Positions 17,857 through 24,165 of a DNA stretch of 32,000 nucleotides are shown here, in pieces; the first letter of the stretch is position 1; each line of letters starts with the position of its first letter. The notes below the pieces were generated by a model. That model was not told the origin of the DNA. It made no database searches and worked only from the letters and a program-made list of their open reading frames with translations. The position numbers and the translations under genes were made by a program. Source of the DNA: Edaphobacter aggregans (GTDB taxonomy: Bacteria > Acidobacteriota > Terriglobia > Terriglobales > Acidobacteriaceae); assembly GCF_003945235.1 (NCBI RefSeq), contig NZ_RSDW01000001.1:660001-692000 (forward strand), read 5' to 3'.

Positions 17857-19833
17857 TCAATTTCCGGCTGGAGTTCCCGGAACGGTCGGCGCCTTCTTCG
17901 AGTAGCGAACCGCGCCACCCTTCTCGTACTTCTCGGTCAAGTTACCGATGTATACGCCGAAGAGCTCTTTGCGCTGCGCGTCCAGCAACTGCTCGCGAGT
18001 CTGGGCAAAGTTCTTTGCGATCTCTTCGGCGGTTGGCTCCTGCCGGTCGATTACGCTGAGAACCACACCAACTCGACCTGCGTTGATCGGCCCCGAGATG
18101 CCTCCCTTCGGCAGATCAAACGCCACCGAGCCCGGACCACTCATTGCACCCAGATCCGGCACCTGTCCATCTTTACCTACCAGATCACTGGTCTTTACGG
18201 GAATGTTCATCTCGCCGGCGGCCTTCCTCAGATCATTGAGGACCTTGGCGCGGTCGGCAAGCTTGTTCAGCTGCGTGTTCAACAGTTGGGGAACCTGCTG
18301 CTCGCGGTAGTCGTCGAGGATGTGCTGTTTGTAGTCCGCAAAGTCGGGAGCGTGTGCAGCCCTGATGTCGGCTACCTGGAAGACGGCAAAGCCATCCCCG
18401 GTCGAAACCGTAGCCGGATCGGCTCCCTTGACCACAGCAAACGCCTGCGTCAGCAGACCGGAACCGTCAGCCAGCCCGGCAATAACACCGTCCTTGGCAA
18501 TAAAGTCGGTTGTGACGACGTGCAGCCCGTGGGCCGCAGCAGCCTTATCGAGGCCGTTCTTTTTGGCATCAGCTGCAAGCTGCGACGCGAACGTCTGCAT
18601 CGCCGCTCCGGCCCGTTGCTGTTCGAGCACCGGAACGATCTCTGCCTTTACTTCAGATAGGGGGCGAAGGTGCGCGGTCTTCTTATCTTCAACCTGCAGA
18701 ATGTGGAAGCCGAACTGCGTCTTGATCACGTCCGAAGTCTGCCCGGGCGCCAATGTGAACGCCGCCTTGTCGAACTCTGGAACCGTCTTGCCGCGATCCA
18801 GCCAGCCCAGTTCGCCACCCTGGGTCTTGCTGCCTGGGTCATCCGAAAACTTCGTAGCGAGTTCAGCAAAGTTGCCGCCTGCCTTGATCTGCTTCAGCAG
18901 GTCTTCGGCCTTAGCCTTCGCTGCCTCTTCTGTTTTGCTGTCTGAGCCTGCCGGAACAGCAATCAAGATATGCCGTACCTTGACCTGCTCCTTTACCTGG
19001 TACTGATTCTGGTGCTGGTTGTAATAGGCCAAAACGTCTGCGTCAGAGATCTGTGGCTTGCCGCCGGGCAGGTTCGAGATATCGAACGCCACGTACTGAA
19101 TCTTGCGCGTCTCGGGAATCGCCGTTGCGTACTTCGCCTGGTTCTGCTTGAAGAACTCCTGCAGTTGCGCATCCGTCGGGTTGATCGTCTTGCGCACGTC
19201 ATCGGCCGAGATCACGGCAAAGTCGAACTTCACCTTTGTTCCCTGTACCCGGAAAGCCTCGCGCACTGCATTGTCCGACACCGTTACTCCACCGGTGATC
19301 AGCGCCTGCAGGCGATTCAGCTCCATATCGCTCTTCACCTGCGACTCAAACTCGGCGCGGCTGGTCTGGAAGTAGTTCTGGACGAAATTCATGTAGGCGT
19401 CGTCGCCAATGTACTGTCCGTTGGGGAACAGGTATTGCGAGAACGGCCCCGTCTGTAACTCGCGGCGCAGGTCTTCGTCGCTAACCTGCAGGTTCATCCG
19501 GTCGGCCTCGTGCTTGAGGATGGCCCGCTGAACTAGGATCTGCCCAGCCCGCTGCGAGACGTAGGGCATCAGAAAGTCGGGAAGGCGCTGTTGCTGCAAC
19601 TGCCGCGCGGCAAGCTGGTTCACTTCAGTCATCTTGATGGGTGTGCTCTCGCCGATCAGGCGGCCAAAAACTCCAGGCTGCCGCACCGTCGCAAAGACAG
19701 TAGGATTGTCGGCCGAAGCATTGTCAAAGATGCCAGGGACAAGCGTAATCACCATCGTGACGACAGCGAACCCAATAATGACGGCGAAGATGATCTTCGT
19801 GATGCGGTTGTCTTGCTGCAGAATACGAATCAT
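17857..19833 (-). CDS. ppiD: Membrane-anchored periplasmic chaperone / parvulin-type peptidyl-prolyl isomerase (PpiD-like)
   Basis: N-terminal TM anchor IIFAVIIGFAVVTMVITLV, a SurA-N-like region, and one parvulin domain (VRHILIAV...GGELGWLDRGKTVPEFD...FGFHILQVEDKK). The track start is ATG 19875. I prefer ATG 19833 (MIRILQQDNRITK...), which matches PpiD N-termini. Neither start has a strong SD. Confidence 0.85.
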   Translation of the reverse strand: MIRILQQDNRITKIIFAVIIGFAVVTMVITLVPGIFDNASADNPTVFATVRQPGVFGRLIGESTPIKMTEVNQLAARQLQQQRLPDFLMPYVSQRAGQILVQRAILKHEADRMNLQVSDEDLRRELQTGPFSQYLFPNGQYIGDDAYMNFVQNYFQTSRAEFESQVKSDMELNRLQALITGGVTVSDNAVREAFRVQGTKVKFDFAVISADDVRKTINPTDAQLQEFFKQNQAKYATAIPETRKIQYVAFDISNLPGGKPQISDADVLAYYNQHQNQYQVKEQVKVRHILIAVPAGSDSKTEEAAKAKAEDLLKQIKAGGNFAELATKFSDDPGSKTQGGELGWLDRGKTVPEFDKAAFTLAPGQTSDVIKTQFGFHILQVEDKKTAHLRPLSEVKAEIVPVLEQQRAGAAMQTFASQLAADAKKNGLDKAAAAHGLHVVTTDFIAKDGVIAGLADGSGLLTQAFAVVKGADPATVSTGDGFAVFQVADIRAAHAPDFADYKQHILDDYREQQVPQLLNTQLNKLADRAKVLNDLRKAAGEMNIPVKTSDLVGKDGQVPDLGAMSGPGSVAFDLPKGGISGPINAGRVGVVLSVIDRQEPTAEEIAKNFAQTREQLLDAQRKELFGVYIGNLTEKYEKGGAVRYSKKAPTVPGTPAGN

Positions 19834-20120
19834 GCTCGAGTAAGAACCTTCACTTCGCGCGCTCACCCCTCTCATTTCGAAAGGTAGCGCGTGCCCGGGA
19901 TTTTGCGTGACCTGGCTGGCAAGTCATTTGAACTCGCGCCACGCCCATTGCAGGACAAGCTACAAGTGTAAATCAGCACAGGCTCGAACTCATAACTCTA
20001 TGAATTTTCATCCTGTGCGAAATTTCGACAAGCAGCTTTCTAAATGCCATTAATTGGACGTTTTGATGGATAATTCGTCTAGAATTTGCTCCCTTTAACT
20101 ATAAGGATCTGTGGTTCCAA

Positions 20121-20145
20121 GGACCCATCGCCCGATGATGGGTCC
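20121..20145 (-). terminator. Hairpin downstream of the lipoprotein gene (candidate terminator, no U-tract)
   Basis: Perfect 9-bp stem GGACCCATC (20121-20129) / GATGGGTCC (20137-20145) with a 7-nt loop, 20 nt after the stop at 20165. The downstream sequence on the minus strand is not T-rich. Confidence 0.4.
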
Positions 20146-20164
20146 AGCGAGCATCCACGACGCA

Positions 20165-20890
20165 CTATTTCCCTTGTAAGGTCACATCGCCGTCCGGGCA
20201 ACTGCTCGCCGGAACCATCTGGCTTCGTTTCAGCGTTGCCGTTGACCCGCTGAAGGTGCCCTCCATGATGCAACCCATCCGCGTCATTTGCACCTTGTTA
20301 GGGGTCATCACCGCGAGCATGGATGGGACCGGCAGCTTTGGATCACGCAACATTGCGACAACGGCATGATCCGCCAAGCCGTCGTCTTGAATCGATGCCT
20401 GTTGCAGGGTGTAGCTCGTGCCCGTGCTGGTTGTAGCAACCCAGGCTTTGTGGTTGATAAATTCGTGGAGCGAGGCAGTGATCTTCGCAATGTCGACGCG
20501 GTTCTGTTTGTATGAGATCAAGGTCGTAACGTTCTCATTCTGAGCGAGCCCGCGCAAGGTTATCTGACACTGGCCATCTATGTCGGAAAGGCTGATGTTT
20601 ATATCGACCTTATAGATGGCGGGGCTAACCTGCACGGCAGTTTCGGGGGCATGACAGGGATTCTGCATGTACACCGAAATTCCCTTGGACTCATCGAAGT
20701 TATTTAGCTTGAATTGCAGCGACACGTTAGTGCCTGACGTATACGTCGCCGGATTGAGCAAGATGACCTCGGCGGTGGGCGGCTTCTTTCGCTTGACGCC
20801 AAAATCGATTTTCTTGCCACCGAGGCTGAGTTGGGCAGAACAGCTTGCAGCAAGAATGACCAAGGCAAGTGGGAGAGTAAGCAGGCGCAT
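20165..20890 (-). CDS. Hypothetical lipoprotein
   Basis: MRLLTLPLALVILAASC has a lipobox-like end. ATG 20890 has AAAGGA 9 nt upstream and lies 16 nt after the ligase stop; the track start 20917 is a TTG that overlaps the ligase gene. Several Cys residues. No family recognised. Confidence 0.65.
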   Translation of the reverse strand: MRLLTLPLALVILAASCSAQLSLGGKKIDFGVKRKKPPTAEVILLNPATYTSGTNVSLQFKLNNFDESKGISVYMQNPCHAPETAVQVSPAIYKVDINISLSDIDGQCQITLRGLAQNENVTTLISYKQNRVDIAKITASLHEFINHKAWVATTSTGTSYTLQQASIQDDGLADHAVVAMLRDPKLPVPSMLAVMTPNKVQMTRMGCIMEGTFSGSTATLKRSQMVPASSCPDGDVTLQGK

Positions 20891-20906
20891 TGAAGGGATC
20901 CTTTCG

Positions 20907-22586
20907 TCAGTAACCAAATGTGGGAGTTGAAGTGGATGCGACCTGCTCCAGACGCAGTTCGCGGGACCATGGAAATTGCTGACGCGCGGTGATCAACTCT
21001 TGCTGCGCGGATTCGTCACGGCCTAGCGCCTCTAGAACGCGGACCCGTAAGAGATGAAGCTCCGCTTCGTTCACCCAGTGCAATGCGCGCTCCGACTCGG
21101 CCCAGCAGGCGCCGTAATCACCCGATTCGCAAAGGACACGGACCAGATCGAAGTGCGCATCTTGCGCGGCAGGATCAACCTTGAGGGCAACCCGTAACCA
21201 GTGCTCTGCTTGCGGCCACTGGGCAAGCTGTTCGGCGTGTTCCCCGGAATAGATCGCGTAGCTGCAAACCGCATTGGCGCAAGCGACTATAAGAAGCGCG
21301 ACGGAGCAGAGCGGCAGCATGTTATGCGTCCAGTTTTGTGATCGCCCGGAGGAGTATGTTGGGGTAGACGAGGGATGCTTTCCGCTGCACAGATACGGCA
21401 CGGCCATCCAGCAAGCCAGAAGCAACACGCCTTCCGGTCGGCGTAAAGGATTGTCGAAACATGCAGATGCAAGAAATGCTGCCGTCCCCGCCAACGCCCC
21501 GCGGACTTCTATCCGGCTTCGGTCTTTCGATGCAGAACTGAACCAGACGGCTAAAAAGCCGACGAAGGCAATCGCCCCGAAAGGACCTGCCTCCACAATC
21601 TGCTGTACGAATAAGTTGTGCGCCTGATTTTCGAAGGCCACGTATACGAAGTTTGAAGCGGGTATGTAGGGCGCGAGATCGCGAATATTCTCAGCGTAGT
21701 GACCGGGAAAACTGCCGGCTCCAGCTCCGAGCGGAGGCAGATGATGAAGGCTGGTCTTCCAGAGAAAGATGCGTCCATTTGCAGCGGTCCTTAGGCTACG
21801 AGGATTCAGTGCTTGCGTTGCTGCAAACAGGGCAACCACTGCGATAAGCGCGAGCATAATCTGCAGCTTCGCGCGTTTTGGTCTATGTCGTGCCGCCGAC
21901 GCCAGCCAGCACGTAGCACCTGCCAGGAGACCCGCTATGGCAGTGCGCTCTCCAGTCGCTGCGAGCGCCAGTAGGATGAGAAGCAGCAGACTAGCTCGCC
22001 AGACTATGTGAAGTCTCTGCAAAGCACAGACGCTCCACATCGCAGTGCTCATAAAAGACGCGACGAATAGTGGATTCCCAAGAGTGGCTGCTGTTCGCAT
22101 CCTGCCCGGAGCGGTAGCGCCAGTCAGTAATCGAGGCAGATCGTACCCCGCCCAGCCTGCAAGCACCAAGCAGGACAGCACTGAGGCGGAGATAGACATC
22201 CACAATAGAAGCTTGCTGCGTTCGACGCTCAACCGAATGAGCGCCGCAGCTACAGCCATGGCAGAGCCATATTCAGCCATCGGTCGCCACGCCGTCGCCC
22301 ATGCATGCGCATGCGCCGTCGCGATGCAGGTTGCCAGAACCCAGGCTCCAAAGCAGACCGGTAGAACACGATGTCTTACACGATCAACTTCAGGGTGAAT
22401 GGCTCCAGAGACAGAAGTCGCTTTCGGCAGCAGCAGACAAACCACCGCTCCGAAGCCAAGCAGCACGGTGAACTTGGCGGCATAGAAGGGTGAATCCATG
22501 ACTGGGCAGACAGCCAGCGTGACGACGGGAAGTGCACCCAACGTCAATACGCTCCGCATTCGATAGCTGTAGATAGAAACCTGCAT
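20907..22586 (-). CDS. O-antigen ligase (Wzy_C) family membrane protein with C-terminal TPR-like repeats
   Basis: Polytopic membrane protein with ligase-type blocks (LALAATGERTAIAGLLAG; GAGAGSFPGHY...NQAHNLFVQQIVEAGPFG). The C-terminal ~110 aa is helical-repeat/TPR-like (AEHWLRVALKVDPAAQDAHFDLVRVL...LLRVRVLEALGRDESAQQEL). I take ATG 22586 (MQVSIYSY...) as the start. The track start 22772 would add a basic non-membrane extension overlapping the divergent gene. Confidence 0.8.
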   Translation of the reverse strand: MQVSIYSYRMRSVLTLGALPVVTLAVCPVMDSPFYAAKFTVLLGFGAVVCLLLPKATSVSGAIHPEVDRVRHRVLPVCFGAWVLATCIATAHAHAWATAWRPMAEYGSAMAVAAALIRLSVERSKLLLWMSISASVLSCLVLAGWAGYDLPRLLTGATAPGRMRTAATLGNPLFVASFMSTAMWSVCALQRLHIVWRASLLLLILLALAATGERTAIAGLLAGATCWLASAARHRPKRAKLQIMLALIAVVALFAATQALNPRSLRTAANGRIFLWKTSLHHLPPLGAGAGSFPGHYAENIRDLAPYIPASNFVYVAFENQAHNLFVQQIVEAGPFGAIAFVGFLAVWFSSASKDRSRIEVRGALAGTAAFLASACFDNPLRRPEGVLLLACWMAVPYLCSGKHPSSTPTYSSGRSQNWTHNMLPLCSVALLIVACANAVCSYAIYSGEHAEQLAQWPQAEHWLRVALKVDPAAQDAHFDLVRVLCESGDYGACWAESERALHWVNEAELHLLRVRVLEALGRDESAQQELITARQQFPWSRELRLEQVASTSTPTFGY

Positions 22587-22750
22587 GCATCTTGATTTCG
22601 TCTTACGACGCCAATTGGAAGAAAGCTGGGTTGCCGGCTGCGTTTTTTTTGCGCAGAGCTTTATTCCACGTTTCCTTGCGGCACGAATAGCTCTTTTAGA
22701 ACGCGCACCGGAACCGTTTGCAATTTTCCCGTGCGCCAGGAGTGAGCCCA

Positions 22751-23449
22751 TTGAAACGTATACGCAAAACATTCGCCGTGCTCGTGCTGCCGGTACTCAT
22801 AACGGCAGTTGGCTGCAAAAAGAATGCCGCAACCCCACAAGCGGCGGCAGCGGTTACAACCCCGGCATCCAACAGTGCTGCCTCAGTTCCAACAGCATTG
22901 CCTAACTCTGCACCTGCTTCCATGCCAGGGCTAACGGTCGAAACAACATCTGGACTCAAAGGCGCGGACTGGGCGATGAAGCAGGATGCCATCTCTAAAG
23001 AGGCCACCGGGCAGTGGGCGGTGACCGCCTCCGCTTCGTCCGCCTACAACGACGCTTCTGGCCATGATGACAGCTCGCCCTTTCAAGCCACGGGCGCTCC
23101 CAACGTGCAGACAGAGGGTGACAACGGCAATGCCTGGACACCCAAAGATCCTGATGCTGGATTGGAATGGCTGGATCTGGTTTATTCCAAGCCAGTCTTT
23201 GCGAATGCCATCCGTATACGGGAGAGCGCCGGCGCGGGGGCAGTCGCCAAGGTCGATCTCTACGATGAACAGGGGCAAGCACACACGATCTGGACGGGAA
23301 CCGATCCAACGACTGGCCTGAACTACTTCATGCTCAACCTTCCGAAGACCGCATTCAAGAGCAACCATCTCCGCCTCACGTTGGCCACAAATGTGATCTC
23401 TGGCTACAACGAGATCGATGCGGTGCAACTGGTAGGCACTGAGCAGTAA
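22751..23449 (+). CDS. Lipoprotein with Ala/Pro-rich linker and C-terminal galactose-binding-like (discoidin-like) domain (operon gene A)
   Basis: Track ORF starts at TTG 22718. I prefer TTG 22751 (GGAG 9 nt upstream), giving MKRIRKTFAVLVLPVLITAVGC with a lipobox. The C-terminal ~150 aa pattern (WAVTASASSAY...ATGAPN...NAWTPKD..GLEWLDLVY..PV.ANAIRIRE...GAVAKVDLYDEQG...NEIDAVQLVG) resembles jelly-roll carbohydrate-binding modules. The family call is tentative. Confidence 0.6.
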   Translation: MKRIRKTFAVLVLPVLITAVGCKKNAATPQAAAAVTTPASNSAASVPTALPNSAPASMPGLTVETTSGLKGADWAMKQDAISKEATGQWAVTASASSAYNDASGHDDSSPFQATGAPNVQTEGDNGNAWTPKDPDAGLEWLDLVYSKPVFANAIRIRESAGAGAVAKVDLYDEQGQAHTIWTGTDPTTGLNYFMLNLPKTAFKSNHLRLTLATNVISGYNEIDAVQLVGTEQ

Positions 23450-23466
23450 TTCGAGAGGACAACAAA

Positions 23467-23973
23467 ATGAAGAAATACCTTTTCTCAGCGACTCTCATTC
23501 TTTTTCTCATACTGAGCGGACTACGTACCGCATTCGCTCAGTTTCAACCCTTCAACGCGGCGGACACCAGAGAACTCCAGGCCTTTCGATTGACCGATGA
23601 TCTGGTAGAGCATTATCGAAGTGCGACTGTCGCACTCATGGAATACGTCAAGGCACATCCGTCCGAAAACGAAGATGACAACGACAAGGACTCGAAAAAG
23701 GGCGATGTCACCCTCAGCGATATGGTCAACGGGATGTCCAAGGCACATTTCTTCGCGTCGATACTGCAGAGCAAGGGTATCTCGCCACGGCAATATGTCG
23801 AGACCATGCTCATCCTCGTCGGCGGATATAGTGCCATCGCCATGCAGCGTGAAGGTCAGACGGCGACCGTAAGATCTTCGCCGGTTGTCTCTGCGGCGAA
23901 TATGGACTACATCAAGCGCAACTACGATCACATCTCGACTTTGCTCGCAAGCACGAACGGTTCGGACAACTAA
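23467..23973 (+). CDS. Hypothetical secreted protein, 168 aa (operon gene B)
   Basis: Clear signal peptide MKKYLFSATLILFLILSGLRTAFAQ. GAGAGGA lies upstream. The mature part looks helical with an acidic patch (ENEDDNDKDSKKGD). No family recognised. Confidence 0.7.
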   Translation: MKKYLFSATLILFLILSGLRTAFAQFQPFNAADTRELQAFRLTDDLVEHYRSATVALMEYVKAHPSENEDDNDKDSKKGDVTLSDMVNGMSKAHFFASILQSKGISPRQYVETMLILVGGYSAIAMQREGQTATVRSSPVVSAANMDYIKRNYDHISTLLASTNGSDN

Positions 23974-23976
23974 CTC

Positions 23977-24165
23977 ATGCTTCGTCGGACCTCGATTCCC
24001 GCTTTGATTCGAACCAGCATGACCTCAGCGGTTCTGATGAGTTGCGTGCCGGTGTTCGCGCAAAGCCTGCCGACGGCGCCATGCAACTTCCTTTCGGATT
24101 CGGGGGGATCGACAGCCGATTCCGGGACCTCCATCTCGCTCTCGTTCGATGGGCGAGGCGGCCTT
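23977..24165 (+). CDS. Signal-peptide-encoding 5' segment in the 23977 frame, probably the true N-terminus of the large downstream ORF
   Basis: ATG 23977 is 3 nt after the gene B stop. It encodes MLRRTSIPALIRTSMTSAVLMSCVPVFAQ SLPTAPCNFLSDSGGSTADSGTSISLSFDGRGG. Beyond about 24165 this frame degenerates into Arg/Cys-rich sequence up to its stop at 24282. Confidence 0.5.

Noticed and set aside
22643-22650. T8 homopolymer in the divergent promoter region, a possible phase-variation tract.
   Set aside because: It is too short for efficient slipped-strand variation and there is no evidence of length heterogeneity. More likely it is an AT-rich promoter or UP element, or the loop of a weak CTGCG/GCGCAG hairpin.
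22587-22772. Longer N-terminal extension of the O-antigen-ligase ORF (track start 22772). Analogous upstream track starts occur at 12679, 19875, 20917 and 26962.
   Set aside because: The extensions are basic or non-hydrophobic leaders before obvious signal or TM segments. Some use TTG, overlap neighbouring genes or lack an SD. Internal ATG starts fit family N-termini better. The choice remains uncertain without experimental data.
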